Source of the DNA: a virus
Lineage: Duplodnaviria > Caudoviricetes
DNA length: 64,000 nucleotides
Reading direction: 5' to 3' (one strand)
IMG/VR virus record: IMGVR_UViG_3300028591_000083
Span: 96,001-160,000 of that record
Shown: one piece after another, positions 1-9,403 of the stretch
Position numbering within the stretch: the first letter of the stretch is position 1
How the letters are laid out: every line of letters begins with the position of its first letter
Program-made: the position numbers and the translations under genes
Notes under the pieces: generated by a model
The model's database searches: none
What the model saw: the letters and a program-made list of their open reading frames with translations, nothing else
What the model was told of the DNA's origin: nothing

Positions 1-406
1 TTGTAATATCCTCACCAATAATACCGTTTCCTCTTGTTTCGGCACAGACAAAGTTACCGTTTTCATCATATGTGAGTTGTACTGTCAGTCCGTCAAGTTT
101 ATGCATATACAATACATCTTTATCACCTTGGAACTTTTGCACTTCCTCAAATGAATGTGCTTTATCCAGTGAAAGCAGTGGCTTAAAATGTGTAACCTCT
201 TTGAAGCCACTGACAACAGAATACCCGACTGTTTGAGTAGGAGAATTACTAAGAACAATACCACTTTCCTTTTCAAGCTGTTCAAGTTTATCAAACAACT
301 CGTCATACTGTTTATCTGTAATAATGGAATTGTTATTATTATAGTATTCATCTCTGCAAACATTCAGGTATTCTACAAGCTCTGTAATTGTTGATGTAGT
401 TGACAT
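1..406 (-). CDS. ligA: NAD-dependent DNA ligase, N-terminal part (runs off window start)
   Basis: Not in ORF track; manual translation from ATG 406 gives ...YYNNNNSIITDKQYDELF...SPTQTVG...PLLSLDK...HKLDGLTV...ETRGNG (KxDG adenylation motif); GGAGG RBS upstream. Confidence 0.93.
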   Translation of the reverse strand, partial: MSTTSTITELVEYLNVCRDEYYNNNNSIITDKQYDELFDKLEQLEKESGIVLSNSPTQTVGYSVVSGFKEVTHFKPLLSLDKAHSFEEVQKFQGDKDVLYMHKLDGLTVQLTYDENGNFVCAETRGNGIIGEDIT

Positions 407-429
407 TTTATTTCCTCCAAAAATAAAAA

Positions 430-687
430 TCAAAGTTCTTTTGTAATGATATCGAACGGCACTCCTGCGAGACTTCTAATGTATTGCATTAAAGCTATCT
501 GTGCATCGTCAGCATCTACTTTTCCACTATCATCTAAATCACAAGCGATATTCTGATCTGCTGTGAATTTAGTTTGGTTGCCTCCAAGAACGCCTAAATA
601 TTCTTTAAGTATCATCTGTGCGTTCTCAGCTCTTAAACTTCCGTCAAAGAATACATCTCCGCCAACTACTTCTACATTATATGCCAT
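430..687 (-). CDS. Stand-alone dockerin-domain protein (Ruminococcus-like)
   Basis: Two repeats GDVFFDGSLRAENAQMILKEY and DLDDSGKVDADDAQIALMQY; the second has an intact Ca-binding loop. Confidence 0.8.
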   Translation of the reverse strand: MAYNVEVVGGDVFFDGSLRAENAQMILKEYLGVLGGNQTKFTADQNIACDLDDSGKVDADDAQIALMQYIRSLAGVPFDIITKEL

Positions 688-705
688 AGTACATCAATCC
701 TTTCT

Positions 706-1104
706 TTAGTAATCTCCACGCTCAACTTTACTCATAGCATCTAAAATATCCATTGCTTGTTTTTGAGTAAGCCGAATTACTGTTCCAAGCTCATATGTGT
801 CTATTTCCTGATCCCACTGTTTTCTCAATGGGATACTAAACTTCTTTATAAAGTCAACAGCTTGCTTTGCATATTTGAATTTACGCACTGTTTTTGAATC
901 ATTTATTATTTCAACATCATCATTTCCATGAAGTATTAAATCAAGTTCTACTCCGTTTGCTGTTACTTTATATCTTGGCTCATTGTGTTTTGTATTTCTT
1001 GTTTTTCCAAATTCGTCAACCCATAAATCAAAAGGCTGACCTGTAATTTTTGTTCTTAGTATCGCGTGTTCATATAATGGTGATTCAGATACATAAAGTT
1101 TCAT
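706..1104 (-). CDS. Hypothetical protein, possibly DUF4160-like
   Basis: Start MKLYVSE after GGCGGTGG RBS and own promoter; TG.P..LWVD...H.EPR motif. Confidence 0.5.
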   Translation of the reverse strand: MKLYVSESPLYEHAILRTKITGQPFDLWVDEFGKTRNTKHNEPRYKVTANGVELDLILHGNDDVEIINDSKTVRKFKYAKQAVDFIKKFSIPLRKQWDQEIDTYELGTVIRLTQKQAMDILDAMSKVERGDY

Positions 1105-1148
1105 TTTAGAAACCACCGCCTTTACAAAAACCAATTCTATACAAATAT

Positions 1149-1177
1149 AGTATAACATGAACTAATTGAATTGTCAA
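1149..1177 (-). promoter_or_regulatory. sigmaA/sigma70-type promoter
   Basis: TTGACA-17bp-TATACT with TG extended -10. Confidence 0.85.
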
Positions 1178-1211
1178 TATCTATAATAAATATTTTTATT
1201 TTAACTTATAT

Positions 1212-2006
1212 TCACTTCTCAATCTTAGTGTAAGGAATAGGTTTTCTCTTTCCAGTTCCGTTATATCTCGCGGCAATAGCGAATTCTTTATTTTCAGTAT
1301 CAATGAAATCTTGTGCATCTTGAACAAGTCTTGGTAATTTTGACAATTCTTTTTTCAACTTATCTACATCAAAATTATAATCTCTTTCAGCAGCAATCAT
1401 TTCATCTTCAATACGACTAATCTGTTTAGAGATATTTGTGATCATTCTATCGTACTCAGACCGCTTACCAGTAAGTCTATCCTTACGTTGATCTATAAGT
1501 TCCTTAACAACATCATAGGCATCATTGAGTTGCTGTGCATACTTACCTAAATGATTTTGCTGTAATAGTTTAGCATAGTATCTTTTATTTACTTCCGGAT
1601 TCCAGTCTTTATCGAAGATATATGATACTGATTTCGGAACATTTGGATAATCTACTTCTGACGGTTTTACAAGTCCTTGACGATAATGTCTTCTTTGTTC
1701 GCGGCGATTTTGAACATTTACTCCGCCCTCAATAACCTCATAAACATCATAATCCTGAATTTCAGATGACTTAATCTTATTTTGATTATACATAAATTTA
1801 CCGTCACCGTATACGGCAATAATGGTATCTCCGTTTGCAATAAGAACATTCTTTCCTCTTAAATCGTGGTAAGAAGAAATATCAAGTTTCTCGATAGATG
1901 AATTTTGAATATCAATATAGGTATTTAGATATTCAAACACATTATCTGAAATATGAATTCCATTTCGTCTTAGATCCGTAATAATATTTTCAACAGCTAA
2001 GATCAT
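1212..2006 (-). CDS. Hypothetical protein, coiled-coil C-terminus
   Basis: 264-aa ORF with AAGGAG RBS. Confidence 0.75.
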   Translation of the reverse strand: MILAVENIITDLRRNGIHISDNVFEYLNTYIDIQNSSIEKLDISSYHDLRGKNVLIANGDTIIAVYGDGKFMYNQNKIKSSEIQDYDVYEVIEGGVNVQNRREQRRHYRQGLVKPSEVDYPNVPKSVSYIFDKDWNPEVNKRYYAKLLQQNHLGKYAQQLNDAYDVVKELIDQRKDRLTGKRSEYDRMITNISKQISRIEDEMIAAERDYNFDVDKLKKELSKLPRLVQDAQDFIDTENKEFAIAARYNGTGKRKPIPYTKIEK

Positions 2007-2037
2007 AATTCGTTCAACTCCTTTAAGGAAAAATAAT

Positions 2038-2074
2038 CTACATATAGTGTTTTAATTTCCATACTATATGTAGA
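2038..2074. terminator. Intergenic hairpin (probable terminator)
   Basis: tctacatatagt...actatatgtaga inverted repeat. Confidence 0.5.
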
Positions 2075-2093
2075 CTATTTATATATTTTAGTT

Positions 2094-2438
2094 TTATGTT
2101 TTGTTTAGCGATTCTTCATATTTCTCGTATGCATCAGAAATCAACCACGGCATATAATCTCTTCCCATATCATCACCGTAATAGTTCATTCTTATAATAT
2201 CTTCAACAGTTCTATCTTTAATCCATTCCAGAAAATCTTTAATTGTATCATCATCAACAACTAGAAATTTTGCATCCAATGTTTCAGAAAAAGCGAACCA
2301 TGCTTTTTCAAGATTCATCGGACTAATGTTGAGTGTTCCATATTTTGATAATTCATTTTTAAGTTTTTCCATTTCTTCCGGATACTCAAAATTCTCATAT
2401 TCCATTTCAGGATTGAAGAATGGTTCAAATGCAAGCAT
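2094..2438 (-). CDS. Hypothetical protein
   Basis: ORF with GAGGAGG RBS before MLAFEPF. Confidence 0.7.
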   Translation of the reverse strand: MLAFEPFFNPEMEYENFEYPEEMEKLKNELSKYGTLNISPMNLEKAWFAFSETLDAKFLVVDDDTIKDFLEWIKDRTVEDIIRMNYYGDDMGRDYMPWLISDAYEKYEESLNKT

Positions 2439-2614
2439 CTTTATTCCTCCTCTGTGTTTAATGTTTGTTCCCCTTTGCACGAATCATATGCTTTAATATA
2501 TTCAATGAATTCTCTTGTGTCAAATTCATCATACGTTGACAATGTAATCTTTGATATGATGCCATCACATAGACATGATTCGGCTTGCTGAACATTCCAA
2601 TTTTCAAGTTTCAT

Positions 2615-3826
2615 TTAGTTATCCTCCGATTTCTTAATTGTATATTTTTCAATAATTTGCTCATACGTAGCTTCACTCATAAGATCAATATTCATCTGAG
2701 CGATTGTTACAGATTCAGCGGTTGTCCTATCTTCCGGCAATCCTTTTCCAAAATGGGCATTCAAACATTGCTTCATTACTTCATCACAAACATATCCAAT
2801 TTCAATCTGTTTATCAATTCTTCCGGCTCTTAGAAATCTTGGATCAATTCTTTCTGGATAATTTGTAGTGAAGATATAGATAATATTTGTGCAACTGCAA
2901 GCACCATCAATAGCATTTAGAAGTTTTGAGAGATTTGATTCCTTTAACTTCGATACATACGCTTTATCCTTTTCAGAATTAACACAATATTCGTTATATT
3001 CAAACATTTCATCTGCACTTCTATATCCAGACAAAAGAATATCACAATCTTCAACAATAACTGCTGTATAGATATCATCGGATGCAGTTCCATACGCATT
3101 TCTTATAGGTTTTTCAATGTTAGCAAGACCTCCTAGCGAGTCTACATAGACTCGATACAAATTGAATTTATCACAAAGAGCCGATACAATAGAACTTTTA
3201 CCTGTACCCGGAGGACCGTATAGAAGAATTCCTGTATGATATGGAATTTGATATTTCTTAAACCACGCTTTTCGATCAATAAAATGTTTGATATGTGATT
3301 CAAGTTCTTTCAGTCTAGCTTCTTGAATATACAGAGTTGACATATCTCGTTCGTGATATTCAGCAATATCAAGATAATCACCGTCACCATCATATCTATG
3401 AGCACCACTATCTGCTGTACTTATAATCAACTGTTTTCTTTGAAATTCCAAGTAACTAATAAATCTCTTTAATGTTTTTATATTCTTCTTTGTTCTTAAT
3501 ACAGATAGACTTAAAGATGGAGCCCTATCACCGTTATGAGAAACTTTAGAAATAATTGGAATATTGTTATATATGAAAACATCATAACACACATCTTTAT
3601 CAAGATATCCACATGAGTCGGTATATTCCCTATCTGATAATTTTTTAGGGATATACTTAAACATCTCTCTGAAATAATCTGTTCTAAGATGTGACCATCT
3701 TATTTGTTCACTGTAAAAAACTCTATCAGAAACAACAGATAAAAGTTGATTCACAAATGATCCTGAATTATTAAGCACTTTCGTACCTAGATTTTTACAC
3801 AGTGTCTTACCATTAATAAAACTCAT
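2615..3826 (-). CDS. AAA+ ATPase (BCS1-like)
   Basis: GILLYGPPGTGKS Walker A, VIVEDCD Walker B, LLNAIDG, TTNYPERIDP..LRAGRID. Confidence 0.9.
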   Translation of the reverse strand: MSFINGKTLCKNLGTKVLNNSGSFVNQLLSVVSDRVFYSEQIRWSHLRTDYFREMFKYIPKKLSDREYTDSCGYLDKDVCYDVFIYNNIPIISKVSHNGDRAPSLSLSVLRTKKNIKTLKRFISYLEFQRKQLIISTADSGAHRYDGDGDYLDIAEYHERDMSTLYIQEARLKELESHIKHFIDRKAWFKKYQIPYHTGILLYGPPGTGKSSIVSALCDKFNLYRVYVDSLGGLANIEKPIRNAYGTASDDIYTAVIVEDCDILLSGYRSADEMFEYNEYCVNSEKDKAYVSKLKESNLSKLLNAIDGACSCTNIIYIFTTNYPERIDPRFLRAGRIDKQIEIGYVCDEVMKQCLNAHFGKGLPEDRTTAESVTIAQMNIDLMSEATYEQIIEKYTIKKSEDN

Positions 3827-4251
3827 TCTTCATCCTCCGGGATATAAGTCCATTTGGTTACAAATTCATCATCTGCCAGTGCATTTCGATTATCTGAGTG
3901 AATCCATCCATTGTCTGTAAATTCAACAAGGTATTTTACTTCATATCTGTATCTAGTGTCTTCTACAACTGCCAGAATTTCTGTATTCATTGGTGGTTCA
4001 ACATCTGGAAATTTTCTCCAAATTTTCTCCTTAATTGTTCCACATGAAACATTTACTCTTGAATTCCATTTTTCCACAAGTTTTTCATATGTTTTCATAA
4101 CGTCAGCAACACTCGGACCACATTGAAGTGTTTCTGTGAAACTATACCCACAGCTAGTGCAACCAAGTTTCAACATTATTCTATTACCGACCTGTGAAAC
4201 AATATCATATGGCGCTTTTCCGCAGAATGGACATTCAATATGTTTATTCAT
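3823..4251 (-). CDS. Lar-like Zn-finger fused to DUF551-like domain
   Basis: CPFCG...C..C...KWNSR followed by W....EPP...VTKW. Confidence 0.6.
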   Translation of the reverse strand: MNKHIECPFCGKAPYDIVSQVGNRIMLKLGCTSCGYSFTETLQCGPSVADVMKTYEKLVEKWNSRVNVSCGTIKEKIWRKFPDVEPPMNTEILAVVEDTRYRYEVKYLVEFTDNGWIHSDNRNALADDEFVTKWTYIPEDEE

Positions 4252-4571
4252 TTTTTATCTTCCTTATTATTAAAAAGACTGATAGCCATGTCTTCAAGAT
4301 ATGTTATGCTTTCAACTTTAGTTGGATCACAAGATTCGATTATGTATTGATCAACTGAGAATCCTAGATTCACAACTCCATCTCGCAGCCATTGTCTTAC
4401 AGTTCCGTAAGGTTCAATAGTTAGACACCTTACAAATATGCATATATGATTTATTGTACGAATCACAATTACCGGAGAATGAAGTTCATTTATCTGCAAA
4501 ATATAGAAATCAAGATTGTGGAATTCATCAACAGAAAACTCAAACTCACTTCGTTTTATTACAATTCGCAT
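4248..4571 (-). CDS. Hypothetical protein
   Basis: Coupled ORF in operon. Confidence 0.6.
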   Translation of the reverse strand: MRIVIKRSEFEFSVDEFHNLDFYILQINELHSPVIVIRTINHICIFVRCLTIEPYGTVRQWLRDGVVNLGFSVDQYIIESCDPTKVESITYLEDMAISLFNNKEDKK

Positions 4572-4572
4572 A

Positions 4573-5271
4573 TTAGCTCTCCTTTTCATAAATTAAATGT
4601 GTAAGACCACATAGTTTTAATGCATCGAAATATAGAAGTCTTTGTGATCTTGTTAAGTTAATTCCTGCCGCTTTCTTTGCAATTACATCTGCATATTCAT
4701 TTCCAATAACTCCTGTATGGGCTTCTACTTTCTGGAAATTTAGATTCATGTTCAATCCGCGAATGAATTGAACATAGGCAACAGTTCCCTCTCTTTTAGC
4801 TTTCCATGTTTTATCAGCCCATGCTCGGATACCTTGATAATCATAGTAAATAGTAATATCTTTGATTCCAATGGTTGTTGCAAGTTTCAACGCTTCCATT
4901 GTTCCAGTGACTTCTCCTGCCACATTTCGCATGGAAGACATATCAACATCATTATTACTTCCTTGAATCAGATGATAATTTTTGCCGTCAAACAAAACTC
5001 CACCGTAACCATAATATCCTGTATCTGCATTGAAAGATCCATCTACGAAACAATAACAGTCTGAACTCACTCCTGTAAGATCAGGAACTTCAGCATCATG
5101 TGAAGGTTCTTCCGGAGCGTTATTCACAAAATCCCAAGCTGATTGTTCATCTTTGAATTTCTTGAAAATAGCACCGGAAAAACCTTTTACTGAATTTTCA
5201 CATTCAGACCATGTTCGGAAAACTCCTACTTCCCTACCGTTTCTTACGGCATAGTAAAAATTAGTATCCAT
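4573..5271 (-). CDS. rnhA: Ribonuclease H with N-terminal hybrid-binding (viroplasmin-like) domain
   Basis: YYAVRNGREVGVFRTWSEC..V.GF; FVDGSF, RNVAGE, YYDYQG, KVEAHTGV.GNE.AD. Confidence 0.93.
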   Translation of the reverse strand: MDTNFYYAVRNGREVGVFRTWSECENSVKGFSGAIFKKFKDEQSAWDFVNNAPEEPSHDAEVPDLTGVSSDCYCFVDGSFNADTGYYGYGGVLFDGKNYHLIQGSNNDVDMSSMRNVAGEVTGTMEALKLATTIGIKDITIYYDYQGIRAWADKTWKAKREGTVAYVQFIRGLNMNLNFQKVEAHTGVIGNEYADVIAKKAAGINLTRSQRLLYFDALKLCGLTHLIYEKES

Positions 5272-5641
5272 AATTAAATTCCTTATTTGTTTTGATGTTA
5301 ATGTCAATATCCTTGTAATCTGCAAGATATGCTGTCTTCGTCACAGCAGAACCAATAAAATCTTCCTCTGTAACATCTGCTGCATTTTCAATGTCAAAAA
5401 TCTCGATAATGTCTGCAACAGTGAGGACAGGAGGATTTCCACGCACATCCTCATCACCAAAAACATAGCTATATTGATCACAAGCGTTGATTGTGATAAT
5501 ATACTTAGTTGTGATAATTTCAATATGGTTAATTCTTTCTGCACCAATTTCACAGGTAGGACAGCTACCGTGAATATAAGTTGCATCTGCTTTAATATCA
5601 AGAATTCCACCATTCTTAAACTCAACAATAAAATCAGTCAT
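5261..5641 (-). CDS. Hypothetical protein (CPTC motif)
   Basis: RBS AGGAG before MTDFIV. Confidence 0.65.
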   Translation of the reverse strand: MTDFIVEFKNGGILDIKADATYIHGSCPTCEIGAERINHIEIITTKYIITINACDQYSYVFGDEDVRGNPPVLTVADIIEIFDIENAADVTEEDFIGSAVTKTAYLADYKDIDINIKTNKEFNYGY

Positions 5642-5654
5642 TGTAATTCTCCTT

Positions 5655-5843
5655 TCACCACGCACAAGTTTCAAAAGTGGAAATATCTTCTCTGAGATCG
5701 CAATAATCATAGATTTCCAAGAAATCTTCTTCTTCCTGTAACTGTTCAAGCTCGAACTCTGCCTGACGGATAAGTTTCAGGTTTCTAGTGACAACGCCCT
5801 CTGCAAACATATTGTTGATCTTATTTCTCATAGTATTTACCAC
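5655..5843 (-). CDS. Hypothetical protein
   Basis: First ORF after promoter, AGGTGG RBS. Confidence 0.6.
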   Translation of the reverse strand: MVNTMRNKINNMFAEGVVTRNLKLIRQAEFELEQLQEEEDFLEIYDYCDLREDISTFETCAW

Positions 5844-5880
5844 CTTTCTTTACTTTCATATTCCTCTGTCTTACAAATAT

Positions 5881-5909
5881 AGTATAACATAAAATACTCT
5901 ATTTGTCAA
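5881..5909 (-). promoter_or_regulatory. sigmaA-type promoter
   Basis: TTGACA-17-TATACT, extended -10. Confidence 0.85.
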
Positions 5910-5931
5910 GTATTTTCGGAAAAATAAGTAT

Positions 5932-5963
5932 AAAAAATCTCCACAAAAATAATGTGGAGATTT
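5932..5963 (-). terminator. Intrinsic terminator
   Basis: aaatctccaca...tgtggagattt hairpin plus T-run on minus strand. Confidence 0.75.
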
Positions 5964-5977
5964 GTGTAATATAACAA

Positions 5978-6214
5978 TTAGTTTGATTGATCGTCTAAAA
6001 CAGGTTCTACTCCTCGCTTTGCAAGATCCACTTCCATTTTTGTAATAGCGGATAAAACATCTTGTAGCATTTCAGGATCAGAACGTTTATCAATGATTGC
6101 AGAATATACATCAAATTTATAAAAAGGACAAGCAGATGTGTTATTGTAATTCTGATATCCTTGACCACACATATTTCCGTAATTCCAGAAACAATCAGCA
6201 CAATTAAATTTCAT
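5978..6214 (-). CDS. Small Cys-rich hypothetical protein
   Basis: C..C...C...C N-terminus, coupled ORF. Confidence 0.6.
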   Translation of the reverse strand: MKFNCADCFWNYGNMCGQGYQNYNNTSACPFYKFDVYSAIIDKRSDPEMLQDVLSAITKMEVDLAKRGVEPVLDDQSN

Positions 6215-6819
6215 TTCTTCATATCCCTCTTATCTTTGTCACTTAGAAAACGTCCTCTAACAATTCTGGCAATTCCTTCTGCTAAAATAATAGAAGCAAT
6301 CTCAGTCCAATCATCGGCATAGATTACATTTTCAAGATCACCGTTCTCATTCCACGGATACTTCAAACAAATGCCTGTATACTCTGCATCTTTGAAATTA
6401 TCAAGACAATCATCAATTAGGATATCCAGTTTCAACATTTGTTTCTTATGCATTACGATTGTATGTTTTTCTACATATCCTTCTGGTAGAAATTTTAGAT
6501 TTCTTGTAAGATGCTTAATCTTCTTTCTGGCGTTTTCGCAAGACGAACTTGTAACAAAATAAATATCGTGTTGACCAATATCATACAAAGCTCTAATACC
6601 TTCAACACAATCAGGAATAATCTTTACTTTCTTCCACATTGTTTTATCGGCAAATGCAGCTTCAACTATCCATTGATCCTTTTCCGGAAGCATATTCTCA
6701 ATATAGTATTGCTTAACGTCTGTTATCTGATAATTTGTCTTTAGTCTCTCATTGATATAGTCTAATACACAATAAGCGGTATTAACACATATATTATCAA
6801 TATCAATTCCTATAACCAT
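6211..6819 (-). CDS. 5'(3')-deoxyribonucleotidase (NT5C, HAD family)
   Basis: IGIDIDN motif I, FVTS, DILIDD, PWN. Confidence 0.88.
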   Translation of the reverse strand: MVIGIDIDNICVNTAYCVLDYINERLKTNYQITDVKQYYIENMLPEKDQWIVEAAFADKTMWKKVKIIPDCVEGIRALYDIGQHDIYFVTSSSCENARKKIKHLTRNLKFLPEGYVEKHTIVMHKKQMLKLDILIDDCLDNFKDAEYTGICLKYPWNENGDLENVIYADDWTEIASIILAEGIARIVRGRFLSDKDKRDMKK

Positions 6820-6837
6820 AATTAAATCATATCCTTC

Positions 6838-7038
6838 TTATAGTAGTTGTGAAATTGCTTGTTTTAGATTTTGACAAAAGTTGAACATCTCAGCGTTCGC
6901 ACGATTATCAGCACTCTCTGTAGGAGTATTTCTAATCACATAGTAAGAACTTTCAATCTGTCTATCACAGACTTTGATAATTTCAAGTGCAAGATCTCTT
7001 GCTTTCAATTCTTTATCTGGCATTCCAAATATCCTCAT
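6838..7038 (-). CDS. Hypothetical protein
   Basis: Coupled ORF. Confidence 0.55.
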   Translation of the reverse strand: MRIFGMPDKELKARDLALEIIKVCDRQIESSYYVIRNTPTESADNRANAEMFNFCQNLKQAISQLL

Positions 7039-7345
7039 TTCTTACATTCAAATGTTTCCATTTGATAATTCTCAGATTTGTCCAACCAGAAGAACCATTT
7101 ATAAATCCTTCATATGGATATGTAAACAAACCAACAGCTTTTACCATTCTGTTATAATCGCCATATCTGAAATATTCAAAAATGACAAGCACTTGTTCTT
7201 TTTCTGGCGGTTTCTCAGCAGCATAAGAATGCCACTCAGAGTCATGTTGATTTCTATAAGATTCTAATTCAGTAAGCCAATCGTATAGAGTGTTTAGATT
7301 ATCACGTTCATCTTTATCATCCCACACTCTAAGGCTATCATTCAA
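7013..7345 (-). CDS. Hypothetical protein with DUF551-like C-terminus
   Basis: WHS...EKP...VLV...IIKW; start uncertain (frame open to ATT at 7384). Confidence 0.55.
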   Translation of the reverse strand: MNDSLRVWDDKDERDNLNTLYDWLTELESYRNQHDSEWHSYAAEKPPEKEQVLVIFEYFRYGDYNRMVKAVGLFTYPYEGFINGSSGWTNLRIIKWKHLNVRNEDIWNAR

Positions 7346-7384
7346 CGTGTCTGCAAGTTTGTTGATTGCTTCTTTAAGTTCAAT

Positions 7385-7618
7385 TCACTTTTTTCCTTTC
7401 TTAGAATCTTCATAAAAGAAGTCTCTGGCAATCTGATAGTAAATCATTCTCTTTAATTTGTATACAAAGAAAGCAAAACTTCCAATCGCCATAAATAGAT
7501 AAATTACAATTTCAAAAATGTCATTTGTATAACATTCCTGAATAATCGCCGTAGCTCCAGCAAAAAGCCATAGTGAAAGAATCAGAATATCAAGTAGATC
7601 CATTAGCTTCTTTTTCAT
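7385..7618 (-). CDS. Small membrane protein (2 TM)
   Basis: Two hydrophobic segments, basic tail. Confidence 0.6.
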   Translation of the reverse strand: MKKKLMDLLDILILSLWLFAGATAIIQECYTNDIFEIVIYLFMAIGSFAFFVYKLKRMIYYQIARDFFYEDSKKGKK

Positions 7619-7967
7619 TTGCTGCTTCCTTTCTTCTATCTAATTCTTTTCTAATTGTTTCTAAGAAATTCATCCATGTATTAAAATCACAATCATCTCC
7701 GTATGCTTCCCGACTCATATCACCAAGTTCGAGAGTTGTAAATCCAAAATCATTATGAACAGGAATATATGATCTTCCATGTTCATTTACATCTCTTTCA
7801 AGAATAGAAAGTTGACTGTCATTAAATTTGTCAATATGTTTACTAATGTATGATGTCACAATACTAGGCATATATGTTCTGCGCCCTAAAGAATATCTTA
7901 CAGCACATATACAAATATCGCAAAAATCATTGTCATACAAGTCTTCATTCTTTTTCTTTTTTGCCAT
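7590..7967 (-). CDS. Conserved phage hypothetical protein
   Basis: CAVRYSLGRRTYMPS motif. Confidence 0.65.
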   Translation of the reverse strand: MAKKKKNEDLYDNDFCDICICAVRYSLGRRTYMPSIVTSYISKHIDKFNDSQLSILERDVNEHGRSYIPVHNDFGFTTLELGDMSREAYGDDCDFNTWMNFLETIRKELDRRKEAANEKEANGST

Positions 7968-8071
7968 TCTTATCAATACTCCTGTTTGCATATTTTTCTT
8001 CTAGTTTCTTTTCTAAATTTTGTCGTTCAAGTTCTTTTCGTGCGTTGCTGTAGCACATTCCATAAACATAG

Positions 8072-8563
8072 TCATAATCTTTTTGCTTTGACATTCTTAT
8101 CCTTCTCTCTTTCGTTTTCTTCTACCATGCGAATAAGAGGATCATGCAACTTTTCAACAGCTTCTTGTCGTGCCTCGATAGCATCTTCAAGTTTATCAAA
8201 TCTGCCAATGAAAGTTGTTTTTCTGTGAACGCAAATAGATGCACACCATTTGTTTCTATGTTTATCAAAATAAACACCTTTATGTCCACTTCTGTTATTG
8301 CTATAAGGTTTATCTGTTTTAATCACTTCAAGATTTGTATAGTATGCTCTATTCTTAGCATTATGTGACTGTGCGTTTTCTACACATCGTTTTTTCGATT
8401 CGCACCCACATGATCTTGCGGGTCTACGATTTGTTGTCAAATTCCAACGCCGTACCGATCTCTCTGTTCCACAATCACAACGAACAATTACATATTCATG
8501 CTTATCAGGATCGTTAGCAATAACAGTGAGTTTTCCAAATCTTTGTCCAACAAGATCTTTCAT
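8072..8563 (-). CDS. AP2-domain protein (homing endonuclease-related)
   Basis: DLVGQRFGKLTV, CDCG, SCGC, NNRSGHKGVYF...W.A.I...IGRF...EDAI.AR. Confidence 0.85.
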   Translation of the reverse strand: MKDLVGQRFGKLTVIANDPDKHEYVIVRCDCGTERSVRRWNLTTNRRPARSCGCESKKRCVENAQSHNAKNRAYYTNLEVIKTDKPYSNNRSGHKGVYFDKHRNKWCASICVHRKTTFIGRFDKLEDAIEARQEAVEKLHDPLIRMVEENEREKDKNVKAKRL

Positions 8564-8620
8564 TTCAATCCTCCTATTTTTCACTTCTTAATTGTGTTTA
8601 TTACAAGTCACAGACGAAAA

Positions 8621-8842
8621 TCAAGAATGTTCTTTGAGTGTCTTAACATATAGACCACAATGACAAACTCCTTCAAAAGAATCATCCTTTAGTTCATCTC
8701 TGAATTCCTGACACATACACTTGTATTCCGGAAGTTTACCAATTCTACATGGACAATACCCATCGTTCTCTTTTAATGCTTTCTTAATAGCCTCAACGTG
8801 TTCCTTATCAGCACTCTCTGTAATATAATAGTTCATACTCAA
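8621..8842 (-). CDS. Ferredoxin:thioredoxin reductase catalytic-subunit-like protein
   Basis: GYCPCR...CMC...CHCGLY triple CxC signature. Confidence 0.8.
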   Translation of the reverse strand: MSMNYYITESADKEHVEAIKKALKENDGYCPCRIGKLPEYKCMCQEFRDELKDDSFEGVCHCGLYVKTLKEHS

Positions 8843-8849
8843 TCTCTCC

Positions 8850-9221
8850 TTATAGTTTCATGTAATCTGGCATATTTTCATAGATATTATCGGGAAGCTC
8901 CATTGTAGAATTATTCGCTTCCCAAGAATCACAAAGAAATTCCCAGTTAGTTCTGCTCTTTCTTTTGTTCTTTGAATTAAGAAAATAAACCAACGACTTC
9001 TTTAGTTTATGATTTAACTTATCTTCTTTTCCTTCATGTTCAAAGTATTCTGGTTTACAGATAAGGATACAACTACTAAAACCAGTCTGTGCATTCTTAA
9101 TGTGAAAGTGAGGTTTGTCACCGGGATCGTTTGTATAGATCCAAATTTCATAACTTCCTGTTTTACCAACCTGTGTATCAATGGCTCCAATCTTCGCCAT
9201 TTCTTCAAGTCTAGTTACCAT
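8850..9221 (-). CDS. DUF4160-like protein
   Basis: EMAKIG...IWIYTND....PHFHI; GGAGG RBS before MVTRLEE. Confidence 0.55.
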   Translation of the reverse strand: MVTRLEEMAKIGAIDTQVGKTGSYEIWIYTNDPGDKPHFHIKNAQTGFSSCILICKPEYFEHEGKEDKLNHKLKKSLVYFLNSKNKRKSRTNWEFLCDSWEANNSTMELPDNIYENMPDYMKL

Positions 9222-9222
9222 A

Positions 9223-9390
9223 TCAATAATCCTCCAAACTTTTTTCAATCTCTTTTTGTTTGATCTTCTTATAGTCTTTATCAGAAACCTTCGTTTCTGG
9301 ATTCAATTCTCCCCATGTTCTGCGTTTCCTATTATTTAGTTCCTTCTTTGCTTTCTTTGACATTTTTTCATATGGTACAAAATTTTCCAT
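9223..9390 (-). CDS. Small basic protein (MENFVPYEKMSKK...RRTWG..NP)
   Basis: 55-aa ORF below track cutoff, AAGGAG RBS; motif recalled from Clostridia mobile elements. Confidence 0.65.
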   Translation of the reverse strand: MENFVPYEKMSKKAKKELNNRKRRTWGELNPETKVSDKDYKKIKQKEIEKSLEDY

Positions 9391-9403
9391 TTGTTACATC
9401 TCC

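Noticed and set aside
85-363. Tracked 92-aa minus-strand ORF
   Set aside because: Alternative frame inside ligA.
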